A DNA stretch of 64,000 nucleotides from Rhizophagus irregularis. Its lineage: Eukaryota. The notes under the pieces are model-generated. The model was not told where the DNA came from and ran no database searches. It saw only the letters and a list, made by a program, of their open reading frames with translations. A program made the translations under genes and the position numbers. Positions 11,656 through 25,236 of this stretch are shown one piece after another. The stretch lies in NCBI RefSeq assembly GCF_026210795.1, contig NC_089430.1, positions 1,488,001 through 1,552,000 on the forward strand. Direction: 5' to 3'. Position 1 is the first letter of the stretch. Each line of letters opens with the position of its first letter.

Positions 11656-12848
11656 ATTTAAATATAAATTTCTATAATGACTTTATTTATTGATTTCATA
11701 AAAACTCAAACAAATTTTATTTGTGATGATAAAAAAAAAGTATCATTTGTAATAGATATTTTATTTAGTTTAATAAAAAATAAAAAAATGTTTATTGTTC
11801 AAATAAATTTATTTTTTATTTAAATAAAAGAATGCAAATTTGTTTAATAAAGTCAATCAAAATATTAAAAAAATAATCTGTAAAAATGTAATGATATCAG
11901 GATTCCTTATCAAAATTGTATAAAAAAAATGAAAACAAAATAAACAATTAGAAAATGTATTTATTAAATATTCCAGATATACAGTAAGTATACATTATTA
12001 AAAAATCACGAATAATGAGGCGGTTTTAACATAATGAGATATTTATTAAAAAAAAAACTTCTTATTAAAAATATAGTCACCAAATAATCCCTAGTTATTC
12101 TTAAAATCTTCAATATGATTTTCAACTAATTCTTTATATAGTTCATTATTATTAATATTTTCTGAACCTTGTTTTAATATACTATCCAATTCTTCATAAT
12201 AATACTTTTTATAATAATTAATTTAAAAATATATGAAAAAGAAAATTCAAGATCATTAAGTTTTTCGCCCTCTGGTAAATTTTCAACTCAATATAAAATT
12301 TTAGCAATTGTTTAACTAATGATTATTTTTGTGTAATTTGTAAAGCTAACGAAAAGCAAAAAAATTTTAATATATAATTTTGTTTAAAGCTACATCACAT
12401 TGCCCAATTTTTATAGTGCCTTAAAATCCCATTCAAAAGTTTTTATTTTTATATGTTATATAAAATAAAAATCTCTTTTCTTAACATATTATAAAAAAAT
12501 TTAATATGACATATTAACAAGAGGTCATTTTCATGGGGGAGCCTGGAATGCTTATAGAAGATTTTTAAGTAAAAGTTATTGTGAAAATGACTATTGCATA
12601 ACTAAAAAATTATTTGACGTTTGAATACCTCCATATAAATAATTTGTAAACATTCCGATGGCCAATTAATGTGGCTAATCCGATTCCAGTTAATAAAATT
12701 TTGATATTTTTATAGGTAATAAGTAAAGTAGTGTTGTACATTGATATAAGCTCAGACGAACACCTTTATATTTGATAGTATATACTAGGAATTTTTCGAA
12801 AATTTTCTGATTAGTTATACTAATAATTGGTAGTTAAAGGCGAGGGCA

Positions 12849-13040
12849 TATTTGACCACTTTTGACCATCAATTAAGGTAGCTGATGGTCGTTTAACCAC
12901 TTTTAACCATCAATTTAGGTAGCTGATGGTTACATTTGACCACTTTTAAGGCCAAATAGACTACTTTTGACCATCAATTAAGGCAACTGATGGTCAAATT
13001 TGACCACTTTTAAGGTCAAATAGACCACTTTTGACCATTA
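12849..13040. repeat. Cluster of TTGACCACTTTT / CCATCA..TGATGG repeats, likely a TE subterminal relic
   Basis: Three copies of ACCATCAATTwAGGyArCTGATGGT interleaved with GACCACTTTT. Confidence 0.65.
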
Positions 13041-13617
13041 CAAAATAGATTAATTAAGTAAAGCGATTTATGCAGTGAGACTACACAAAATTTAACTGCA
13101 TATTTAATTATAAACGGGCATCTTCCGAACTTATTGGTGCAATTTTTATACCACATTGTTACTAAAAAAGTCAAAAACTTTTTTATTAGTAGGTTACACA
13201 ATTAACTCCAGCTGGAATTATAATTTGGCCGGAATAAAATCACCTGCAGTAAGGATGATCACCTGCGGTGAGATTTAGCGAATAAAAATGATTGTCAGAG
13301 CTAATAATAAAAAAATACAAATCTGTCTAATAATATAAAAAGGAATTGCTATTTTAGGCAAAATCAGTAATTTTAAAATACAAGAGCTAGTATTATTTAA
13401 ATAGCAGGAGTTGGTATTAAAAAAATACCAATCTGTCCAAATTAGCGCGCCATAGTTTACCGTTATTAAATAATAATGGTAAATATTGTAATATGCACAA
13501 TCAGGATTTCATTACCTGTTACCGCTTAAATTATTGTGCTACACTTACGGTTAACTACACTTTTTTAAAATAATGTAGTTAAGATTTCAAGATCGACATT
13601 TTTTTAGGCTGGGTGTT

Positions 13618-13667
13618 GTTAGCCGAAAATTTACTGCGCCTTCGGCTGAATTTTTCGGCTAACTAGT
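13618..13667 (+). mobile_element. Possible Helitron 3' end (hairpin followed by CTAGT)
   Basis: GTTAGCCGAAAA...TTTTCGGCTAAC stem running directly into CTAGT. Confidence 0.35.
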
Positions 13668-14409
13668 AACTACACCATTATCACTTTCACTGCGATTAAA
13701 AATATTTTCGTTTTACCTGCAAATAATAATATTGTAATCCTGAAAATAATTTTTAACTGCTTTAAACCATCATGGATAAAGATTTAATTCAAACACAATT
13801 TAATCTCGAAATGGAAATGGATCAAATTTTATCATATCCTGATTTAAACCATAGAAATATTGGAAAGCGGGGATATGGACCCTGTCCTGATCTCTCTGAA
13901 CAGTAAGAAGGAGGTAAACAAATTATTGGCGCATAACTTGTTGGTATAACTGCAATAAATTCAGCGGTGGGTGGAGCTGGTGGCGGTAAATTAACTGGTA
14001 ATCAACTGCAAAGGATATGGGGGAAGTATGGAAAGACAACCAGTCAAGTAAATAAAAAATGTATTAGATAAGTAAATATGTAGTTAAAATTTAATACGAA
14101 TAACTTTTTTAAAATTGCGCGCGATTTTTATTAATAATATTTGATAGCTATCTTTTTTTTTGTATTTCTATTTTTGAGAACTTTAGGAAAGTTGAAAATT
14201 TTATAATTTTATTATCATTGATAGTATTTTTCTAATAAACAAAGATTTATTACTATTATTGTACTTTTTATTATAAAAAATTAAATTAATAATCAATGCT
14301 CACAATCATCGTTGTTTGACATTCCAATAAATTTGTATTCATGCCGTAAAAATATAACTCATTAAGTAGTTCTACAAGAGTCATTTAAACTTTGCTTGGT
14401 TGCAAATAA

Positions 14410-14490
14410 AAGAAGTTGAAATTTGGGAGCATGTATTAAAGTGGGGTCTTGCAAAAAGTCCAGATCCTAAAACTTGGTCAGATGATGGTT
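14410..14490 (+). pseudogene. BACK-domain fragment of a BTB-family gene
   Basis: Translates as EVEIWEHVLKWGLAKSPDPKTWSDD with no surrounding ORF. Confidence 0.7.
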
Positions 14491-14887
14491 AACTCAATTA
14501 TAAATTCTCCAAGTGTACGGATTTTGCTATAATTGGTCAAAATTTTTAGCGTGATCGACCAAAATTGACCAATGATTCGATCGATCTTTCAATTCATATT
14601 TATTATTTTCAATTAACTGTAAAACTAAATTAGCTTTGTACTTTAACCACTAAATTTTTCATGGTTTCGCACTTATTATACTAATATGCTAGGCTATACA
14701 AATACATTGAAGTATTCAGAACATATAGTATTTCGTTGCTTATTAAATTTATACTTAATCACATTATAATTTAACCCATAATTCAGATAATTTATTTAAA
14801 AAATCAATGATATCTTTTAAAAATATTCTATATAATTATTACAGCAAACAATATGTAAAAAAAAATGATGAAAAGAAAAAAATATAT

Positions 14888-15950
14888 TTAATTTTCTTTT
14901 TTAATACAGATACCATAAGGACGCAAATCATCGTTTTTTGGTGAAATCCAATATTCACCAACTCCAGTTTCTTCCTTTGAAACTTTAACTAAGTCGTTCG
15001 GATTTACTCTATTCTGAAACACAACTTTATAGTTATCCCCATCATGAGTAAATCTAGTAGCAAATCGATACGCAATATCAATATCTGGAGTAGAATAAAT
15101 TCCACGTCCAAATAAGAATCGTTTACCCATCAACAAGTCATACCCTACTTCAGAAATTAATTTGCAGTTATCTCTAGCAGTTCCATGATATGAAACTATT
15201 AAAATAGATGATATTATATTAATAAATAATAAACAAAATATAAAATAAGTAAAACATTTGTATATCAAAAAAAAGATGATAAATACCTGGCCATTCATTT
15301 TGTGCAGAGCTTGTTGAAGAATTTCTATCAACTCCAAGCCAAATGTTATTATCATATTTATTAAGGACATTGATAGCAAATCTTTTCCAACCACAAGGTC
15401 GCTTGTATTCAACATTTCCTCGCATAAAAGTTTTACCTTTATCATCTATTTGTGTAAAATCATAATCGTAACTTGGGGCAAGTGAATCCGGATGAATAAA
15501 CATAGTAGAAGGGGAAGGATAATTAACATTTCTACCACTAACATCGCCACCACCTATTAATATAGGTACTAAATGTATTGTAGAATCATGACTTATTCTG
15601 TAACTTGTTAAAGTATGTTCATCTTTAAGTTGATAATGTCCATATTTTAACAAATAATTCTCTAGTGATGTACGTACTTTATCTTCAATTTTTGCTTTTA
15701 ATTGGCGAATTTCATCACTTGGGCAAACTTCTAGTACTATAGTTATACCACTAGATTCTTTAATATATATGCGAATTTGTCCTTCTACATTTGATGTTGG
15801 CACTCTACCGCCAACTAAATGAGATTGATGAAGAGCTTTTTGATCCAATTGAGAACATCCATCATGTCCTCCTTTTGAATAATCATCATAAGTAATAACC
15901 GAACGATTCGTTATGGCACTTAATGCTGCGGCTAAAAGTGAATTTGACAT
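14888..15950 (-). CDS. Ubiquitin-like domain fused to a NEURL4/PARP-like ADP-ribosyltransferase domain, 2 exons
   Basis: Exons 15950-15287 and 15195-14888 splice to ...NEWP-V-SYHGT. Ubl region IRIYIKESSG...LKAKIEDK...STIHLVPILIGGG. ART motifs RPCGW, YHGT, GIYSTP, QNRVNP, GEYW and LRPYGICIK. Confidence 0.85.
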
Positions 15951-16383
15951 TTTCGCTTTTCATGAAAATAAATTTTAAAAAAGATTATTTATTTCATATA
16001 TTATTTTATTTACTTATTTTTTTTAAAAGAAAACGCACTGCTTAAATATTTACATTTTGATTCTTTTTTTAGAAAAAACTTTTGTTTATTTCAAGTATGT
16101 TGATATAATGATATAAAGAGCTTAAGATCTTCAATAGGTCACTGTATATTATATGCATTTATGCCCACAATTATCCATATATCCCTCCTCTAAGAGGCTA
16201 TGTAAGTGGATAAAATGAAATTCAACATCCTAATGATTAAGTTTTTCAGAAAAATTTTATACACATACAGTACGTTCAATTATTGTTAGAATTCTTTAAT
16301 AAATAATTATTTAGTTTATTTCATGTATTGAATATTCATTCACTGACGTTATTGGTTAAGTCTAACCTGATAATCAAATAGCA

Positions 16384-16450
16384 CCCATCTACCCGATCGA
16401 CAAAGGATCTGACCCTATACGTTAGATCCTTTGTCGATCGGGTGGATGGG
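16384..16450 (+). repeat. 30-bp stem, 7-nt loop hairpin
   Basis: CCCATCTACCCGATCGACAAAGGATCTGAC / CCTATAC / GTTAGATCCTTTGTCGATCGGGTGGATGGG. Confidence 0.9.
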
Positions 16451-18828
16451 ACCCATTGACCATTGTCGACTCTTTTTAGAGGCAGATCTGTCGATTAATG
16501 ACACAATATCTGGATCTCGAAAAAAAAATTATCCATAGACGACTGAAATTATATTATTGAGAATGTGTTATAAATTTTTAAATACATAAAATAGTTTATG
16601 TAATAATTGTCTATCATATCTAGAATTTACTGTTCACGGAAATCACAGAAAATATTTTTAACCAATCACTTTAAATTTTAACATTAAAACATATAAAAAA
16701 ACACTAGTACAAACTTATTTATTTGTACTTTATTTATTATTTATTGGATAGGAAAGTAAATATATCAGTTAACTAATTACATGTATCTTAATTATTGGAG
16801 GAAACGTGCCATTATGTGACACATTTTCATCCAATCATTGAGACACAAATGATTTATTGACGGATATAGCTCCTATCTTAATAATATATTATTATTCTGC
16901 TCATGTTGACTGATGATATAAACTTTACTTTTTATCTAGCTTTTATAGGGTATATAGTAAAATCAGTATAGTACGATTTATCAAATTTAGTAAGTATATA
17001 GATGGGAGATAAATCAGCTTTATATTTAACTTTTTATAAATTTCATTTTATGTTATTTTTAACAGATTTTTATTTACACCATTTTTTACTCCACCTTATT
17101 ATATCAATTACTATGTATAACCATTTCTTATTGTTATGTCTAATAAAAATATTGTTCTATGAAAATCTGCATAATCCTATTGGGCTGAACGATAAAAAGA
17201 TAATATAGTGCGAAAAAAATTCTTACTGTAGCTTATACCTATTAATAATTCGATTCAAAGTAAGAAATGAGCAAGATAATGAATCTTTTAAATGTTGAAG
17301 AACTTAATATTAATTATATTGAATGATGCAAGTAAAGTAGACAAAACTAAGCATTTAATTTAATAAATTAATTCCTTTAATGTTTCTTAATGAGAAGTTA
17401 TAAAGAATAATATTATTATGAAATCAGGGTTCCATGCCTATAAGTTCAAATATTGTTAGAATTCTTTAATGAATAGTTATTCAAAAAATGTTCGTCTCAT
17501 GTATTGATTAGTCTAACCTGAATAATCAGATCATTTACACCACTTTACTGTTTAGAGATGTTAGACCTGTCAATCAATTTCACAAAGTTTGAATCTAGAA
17601 AGATTGTCAATTATTTTTTTTTATTTATCGCTGTTTTCGAATCAGGTGCGTAATGATCAACAAATAATAAAGCAATTTTTTTTCGAAAATTAGTAACTTT
17701 AGGGTTTAAATTTTAAATATTCAAACCAAAAATCGCAAGTTTCATTCATAATTTCACGTATTTTGAAAACAGCGATAATACATGACAGCCATTGTGTTTC
17801 TATTTTGTAATCATATGACTACATATCACTTTACTTCGTATTTGAATGACCAATAATATTACATTCTTATTTTAGGACAGCATTTATTAGTAATATAGAA
17901 AGGAATCGGTGTCAGAAGATTAGCAATGGTGAACTGAGCGAGAATCGGGAGTGGCTGAACTTCAATATCGTGATTTGATCATCCAGTAAGTATTGGAGGG
18001 ATGAAAATATATCGAAAGTTGGATACTATCCTTTCTTTTTTAATTCAATCCTAACTTTTTTTTTGAAATTAAATATAACGAGTGTACTAAGTATATATGG
18101 GATCTGTTCAAATTAAATTTTTTTATAATATGAAGAACCAATTGTATTACAAATATTTCCTGCTAAGTTTTTGAATGAGATTTTTATTTGTAAAATTCAT
18201 TAAAATAATTATCCATAGGGATATAAAAGGATATAGCTTGTATAACATATTACAAAAATTGCTTAATTTTTGATAATACATAAAATTTCATCGGTAATAT
18301 AAGTTTGCTTTTTACACAATCATGTTAAAATGATCGGTCAAACAGTCGGTTAACAAGTCGGTTCGGTTAGACGGTCGTTCAAATCGATCGTTCAAACGAT
18401 TGATCAGATGACCGATATCAGTCACGGATAGTTTACCGTATTTCTAAATTAGCTGAGTTGAAAATATGCTGTTCGAACACTTGTGATTATTTAAAAAGAT
18501 TGCTCAAAACCTAATAGAAAAATATTCATTTGTTGACCAAAGACAACCTATTTATTGATCTTAGTAATTTGTTTGTAGAAGTAACATCGAGCTGTTAAAA
18601 GTTTCCGGTCTATTACAAAAAATAACAAGAAAAAATTATCAAACATTTTTAATATTGATGCTCGTATTCCGCAAATTCGTAAATAACCACGTACTACATA
18701 ATTAACTGATATATATATATATTCTTTATTTTTTCAATGTGACAAGTAACATACTGTAAACCACATCTCTTACAGGATACAAAGTTAAAAAGTTACAAAG
18801 TCTAATATGAGTGTAAGCTAACTTGTTG

Positions 18829-20689
18829 TTACATCACCATATTAAAATCAGCTAATATTTTATCTTCAACACTCTTTTGATCTCCCACTATAAATTCGAA
18901 TTTGTCGGACCTCAAACGTTCCATAGCCATAAAATAACGATGGGGAAAGTGATTATGAATAAGACTTGGAATGTAGGGTTCAATATTTTTAATTTTATCT
19001 AAAGTATAATCTTCCGATGAATGGTTTTTATCATAATCATGATAGGATTCTATATTATGTTTGTTTTGTTTAAGAAGCTTACCAGGAAGCTTACCAGGAA
19101 GCTCACCAAGAATAAAATTTAAAATATTATCAAATGTGATCTCACTATTTTCAGAATCCTTTCTATCATCATTAAGTTTTTTTCTCAACAACTTTTCAAT
19201 CGATCCCAATTTGTCATTTTCTTCTTCTTCGTCATCCTTATTTTTTTCTTTATACTTTTCGCGAAGGACGATACCTTTAGGAGGTTTTTCCTTATCCAGA
19301 AAGAGTTGAACTTTATAACCGATACTATAATAATTAAGGATGTCTTCTTTTGTGATATAACGACGTATAGTACTGTACAGATGTTGAGGTGGCATTTTAG
19401 CAACGATGTCATTGGTATTAGCGATTCGCCAAAGCGTCTTGTTTTCTTTATAATTTATTTGTAAGGCGCCATTGAATGAAGATGCGAAATCTTTATCCCC
19501 TACGGCTGGTGCCGCAAAAGCATAAGCGTCTCGTAACACACAAAATTCCGGAAGAAGAGTACTCATCTTAATAAGCCTAAAAAGCAAATCTCAATATATA
19601 TTTTTAAATTAAAATTAAAATCTAGAACAAGAAAATTCACCTTGCATAGAAAACCTGTGCCAAGGCTGCACCAAGTGAATGTCCAGTTATCCAAATGTTT
19701 ACATTCTTACCGTTTCTCTCATACATTTTTTCGGCTGCCTTACTTATAGTTTCCACCATTCGTTTAGCAGGATAGCTTTCTTTAGTTTCGTCCAAAGTTT
19801 TCGGGAAGAAATTATCATAAAAACCTTTATGAATCTCCCCAAACACGAATTGGCTTGCATCCGCTCGCATAATAAGAAAATCTGTTAACCACTCAGTAAA
19901 ATTTGTTGGCGATGTACCTTTAAATGATACAATAATTACATTATTATTCTCCTGATCCTCCTGATCATTTTTATGTTCGAACAAATACATTCCAGCAAAT
20001 AGAGTATCAATACTATTAAGTTCCGAGAGTGGTACAAAATTAAACCCCAGGTCTTTGACTTTCCTATTGATACCTTTATACACTTTATTACGACATTCAT
20101 CTATAAGATTTTCGAAGCTATCACCCTCATTATCCTTATTAGTTTTTAATTTCTCGTAAATTTTACGAAGTTCATCATCGTCTCGTTCGTAGATGATGGC
20201 GCTTAGTATTAATAGAGTTTCGACCAAATCGAAATTAAAGACTTTTGAATTATAATCACTGGAACATAATGCTCTATGACCCTCCCGTGCAATATGTTTT
20301 ATATCATTTGAGCCTTTTCCCGCAGTCATACGATTCCATTCATCCATTTCATAGAAATTGAAATTAAACAAATCAAGCTTCTTACATATTTCCAAAATAA
20401 TACTCACTGGAAAGAGTATTAAGAGAATAATAAAAAAAGTTAAAATCATGACGGCAAAATTAAATGGTTGACTAAGTGGAAGCGTCAAATCTGTAAGAAA
20501 AGATAGTAAAATGTGACTGGCCATAGCATGATTAAAACTAATATATTCTAAAGTCGTTTTAAGTAGTGGAATCTTTATAATAGATTCTATCCATTTTGAT
20601 GGTCTTGGAATATAAGAGAGGTCATTTAAGTAATATAAATAAAATTCTTTATCATCCATTTCGTTCATGATAATTTTTTTTTTTTTCAT
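18829..20689 (-). CDS. Class 3 lipase (alpha/beta hydrolase) with an N-terminal hydrophobic segment, 2 exons
   Basis: Exons 20689-19641 and 19576-18829 join in frame. Motifs VSFKGT, EWLTD, IHKGFY, ITGHSLGAALA, AAPAVGD, NTNDIV and NHFPHRY. Confidence 0.9.
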
Positions 20690-20756
20690 CACGAAAACAA
20701 ATTTTATGGAGTATATATTACTCTAGGATCAAGCATAGCTAACATAGCAATGCTAT

Positions 20757-21710
20757 TACATAATCTTACATAAACTTGGCTTGCGCAGAAAAGTTTTTTC
20801 GATCGATGAACATTTCCAAATAAGACTAATCTTTAATCTGCATGTGAACTAAGAATCATATGAAATTGATTACATATCAAAAGTAAATTACGTATGAGAA
20901 GATTCTGAATTCGAAAAATGGTCTCCTCTCAAAAAAGATCAGAACATGCGCTATCACGAAATTAGCAATTAAAAGAAACCAAATGCGTTACGTCAACACA
21001 CTGAACTTGATAATTATTTATAAAATATTGAATTAAACAATTTCTTCAACCAAATTTGTTTAATAAATTTAAGTAACAAGTAACATACAGTATAATTAAA
21101 AGTAAGAAACAAATGATAGGCTATCTAAATTATTGTTTGTTTAATAATAATTGTAAAGAGCAAAGGTACAATTTTGTTCCAAAAGAAAAAATTCTAACGT
21201 AATTGACGATCAATTATTCAAACTATTGCAATCTTACATTTTTTTTTGTTTTATCAATGATTGCCAATCTTACATATACTTGGCTTGTGCAGAAAACTCT
21301 TTGATCTGATCACCAAAATAGGACTAATCTTGCATGTGAACTAAGAATAATTGCATGTGATCAGAGAATACTCATGTGAAATATCAAATTCTAAAATCAA
21401 CAATTAAAAGAAACCAAATGCGTTAGGCCAACGCACTGCTGAACTTGGTCTATAACTAATCTAATGCAGTCTATACTATAATAAACGCAAAAAACAAACC
21501 CGTAAAAAAATTAAACTAAAATGGACCTAACTAAAAACAATATCTACCCGTACATGATTTGCAGGGAAAATTTATGAAATAAAATTTATTATAAGACTGA
21601 AACCTAAGCTGAATATAATAATTATTGTTTGTTTAATAATGTAAAAGAAACAAAGTGTAATTTTATTAATTTTTATTCCAAAAAAAAAAAACTTACGTAA
21701 TTAACGACCA
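20757..21710. repeat. Diverged ~500-bp tandem duplication upstream of the lipase
   Basis: Co-linear shared blocks AATCTTACATAxACTTGGCTTG (~20762/~21266), CAATTAAAAGAAACCAAATGCGTTA (~20967/~21401) and AATTATTGTTTGTTTAATAAT (~21128/~21620). Confidence 0.75.
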
Positions 21711-21986
21711 TTTCTGTTTCATAAAATTGTATAAACTTTCATGACTCCGTACTATAAAAGAATAAATATATCTTTTAATTTTTACGAATCCCTACATTTT
21801 TATGTTGATTGTAATCTGATAATGAAACAAAATCTATTGACATTATAGCAAAAAATATAATATCCATTAAGCAAATAATTAATATAATAATATGTAATGG
21901 CAGCTGTTATCCCTGTAGTAAACCATGTGACGATTCAATCACGTTAAATTTAAGTAAATGTATGAGTTTTAACGAAATGCATTTAT

Positions 21987-22243
21987 AAATCAATGAATAA
22001 CGAAGGACAAGTATAATCACGCTCCCTCCCCATTTTTTCCCACCCTATACTAGTATAGTAAAAACGGCCTAAAGAGGCTTGTGTGGGAATTACAGTCTAT
22101 ATATAGTAAAAAATAGTTTAATTGTTTATGATTATGTAATATGATTATTTATGATGTAATTGTTCTTTGTACTAACTTGCCGCAGCTAATAAAATGGCCG
22201 ATTAGCACGTGATTATACTTGTCCGGAGTTATGAAATTGATTT
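21987..22243. mobile_element. Degenerate MITE-like inverted repeat
   Basis: GGACAAGTATAATCACG (22005-22021) is inverted as CGTGATTATACTTGTCC (22208-22224), with imperfect outward extension. Confidence 0.5.
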
Positions 22244-23225
22244 AATAATTTTACCGCGATAATCGCGATAATGAAAATTGATAATAGATATCCTAAAATT
22301 TATTTTTTAAAGAGCTTATATTAAACATTGTTTTATTTTTACGAGTGTATAAAATGTAATATCAAGGACTGAATACATGTATTAGTTGTTATGAAAATAA
22401 ACTAACTTCTCTATGCAATTGCGAGAATTATATCCAGATTCCAGATTGATGGTAAAGAGTACATTTTCTCACTTTTTGATCCACTCACTTAAATTTAGAT
22501 GGATCTCTTCTGGTTAAGCTAGTCTGTCATTTAACTTAACAAATCGTACAGCGACCTTCCAAATTTCTCCGTGGCGACACGCAATTTTACTTTGACGAAC
22601 ACGTCTTTGAATCAACATGTTTTACCTTAAAATGGTCCTGTTGCAATAGTTTGTCAATATATTTTTTTCTGAAAATGCATTTAAATAGTTAAAATCATCT
22701 TTTTAAAACTTGTATTTATGTTTGATTAAATGACAAAAAAAGTATAAATCTAGTTATGTTTCCAAAAACCCATCAAATGATACAGTATAGCATAAATCCA
22801 TGGTCACAATGAACTTGTTTTTTAATAATAATTTTTACTCTAGATTCTCAATAAAGCAATAAAGGATAAATAATATTCACAACTGAAAAGACGTTACTGG
22901 CAGAAAAAATCAAATTTTCAGCCAATCATTTTGCTGCGCTGCGGATAGATTTGGGTAGCTGTACGAGGAGACGAGGAGTATATACAAAGCGATTAACGTA
23001 AAGTCACATGTTTATCTACAATAATAATATAATGCACGTAATGTAAAGCGAAATTTTTTTGTTACTCACTTTCAACTAATGGTTTATAGAACACATTACC
23101 TCCAATCTCCTAATACACAGTATAATGATTAGACCATCAATCAAATAATTTGAATAACACTTTTTATATTTTTAATTCGATTTTTGAAAACATTCAATAA
23201 AAAATTCAATAAAAAATTAAATATA

Positions 23226-25236
23226 TTAAGCTATCTTTTTTGATCGATACAATAACATATATGCAATATGCCAATCACCTATAACAAAAAATTGATTATA
23301 ATTGAAGTCAGAAAAATCAGAAATAAATTGATCAGAAAAAAAAATTTTTTATAAAAGCGTTGTATACTACCTCCTCCATCCAATTTTAGAATATCTTCTT
23401 GAGATACAATACTAACTTTATCATCATCATATTGAATCCAATCCTCTATAATGTTTAAAAAAAAAAACAAATTTAAAATTTTTAAAATTTATCAAATTTA
23501 TTTTTTTTTTACAAAAAATGATATTATTTCATACCAGAATTTTCTTTACGAACCCATCCAATATAATTTCCTAAAATTTATAATTTATTAAAAAGTAATA
23601 AAATATATATAGCTAAAATTAAAAGCGAAGTAGTATTTATTATAACTAACCAGATTCAGCTGATCTTCCAATATGAGTAAGAACTGCACAAAGTTCATAT
23701 AATCCTGATACGTTAGCACCAATATCTTTATTTAGTTCGGGATCAATAAGTTTTTTAATTTCTTCAACTATTTCATTATTTTTTGAATCTGTTACTGTAT
23801 CTTGAACGTTATTATTGACCGCAAATTGTGTACTTTCCTAGAGTTTTTTTATTTTTTTTAAAAAATATTCAATAATCGTACTATATCTTATCCTATATAA
23901 TAATAATAATGATCATACCTTTGACCCTTTTCTTTCTTTTTCCAATTCTTGTAAACGATTTTTAAGAGGTAAAATTTTATTTTTTAATTCGTCAGTACAA
24001 AAGTCTGTAGCATCTAATTCCATAGGAAATTTTACTTTACGTAAAATTTTACTTTTAACCCTTCGATCACTTTTCCAAAAAAATCTTACAAATTGTACTG
24101 TAAGATATGATGGTAACCGACTTATACGTGTAGTTTTATCATAGATCGCCATTCTTCTTAATGTAGGAGAATTTTTTTCGATCTTTTCATCTAAACCCTA
24201 GATAAATATATGAATAAATTGAAAGATTTTTATAAAAAAGACCATATTATAGATAATTTAAATCCTGTACCATCATAATTCCATGTTGCACATAATTTAC
24301 TAATATTGAGATATGACAGTTTAATTTCGTAAAATTTTCTTTTATAACAATCTCTCCTTCTTCAGGGGCTTCAAGACATTTAAGACTACAAAAATTAATT
24401 AATTATTTATAATATGAATTTAATTATAATAAATTATTTTAAAAATAAAAAATATATTTACGTTGAAGTAAATTCGCCTGTCATATAATGATCAATAAAT
24501 GATTCTTCTGTTGAAGATGAAACTTTTTCACCATCTGAAGAATGTTGACTTGGTATAGGAATATTTGCTTGCTTTAGAATAGATATAATTTGAGTCCAAC
24601 ATTCTTCGGCATCTTGCTGCATAAAACCATCAGCAGTATTTTGAGCAAATTGAGGGAAAACACTTCTAAATAACTAAATATAAATATAAATATATTATAT
24701 ATAAACATTAATAAAATTCCTTCAAAAAATAAAGATAATAATTCATCGGATTACCTGTAAAAAATGTAATGGAACAACACTTTCAGTGGCTTGATTTAAA
24801 TTATTATAAAGATCACGTAAAGATGTTGTAAGTTTATCAGCAACAGAAGATCCACTTGTAAACCTATGTAAAATATAATGATTTGATCGTACAGAAAAAA
24901 AAAATTAAAAATATGGATAATTGTTGATTATCAATTATTTTTTAGTAAATTGTTACATTATTTACATTCATTATTTACAGTACATTATTTACGTAAATTA
25001 TGTTTACCTATTAAGAGATTCCTGCATTTCTGGAATGACTCGAAGACATTGTAAGGTTGAATTCATATAACCAGTATTACCGAGATTTTGAAGTCCAAAT
25101 GGTAACTCCAACTATAACAATTGTAAATATAAATGATTAAATAAATTTTAATTAAATGACCAAGTACGACAAATTTAAATTTTGCCTGTGTTTTATCTAG
25201 CATGTCTTTAGGTTCAATAGCTGAAGCTTCCATCAT
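23226..25236 (-). CDS. Ubp6/USP14-like USP-domain protein, 10 exons, lacking the Ubl domain and both catalytic Cys and His
   Basis: Exons 25236-25186, 25111-25008, 24863-24755, 24673-24462, 24385-24271, 24197-23919, 23837-23651, 23570-23535, 23445-23371 and 23278-23226 join without stops. Motifs GLQNLGNTGYMN, QQDAEECW, VQFVRFFWK, KVKFPMELD, THIGRSAESGNY, YDDDKV and GGGDWHIAY. The first donor is uncertain (GC at 25185 or GT at 25167; both keep frame). Confidence 0.88.

Noticed and set aside
12060..12330. Minus-strand coding-like fragment (ELDSILKQGSEN...)
   Set aside because: Interrupted by stops; I could not assign a family.
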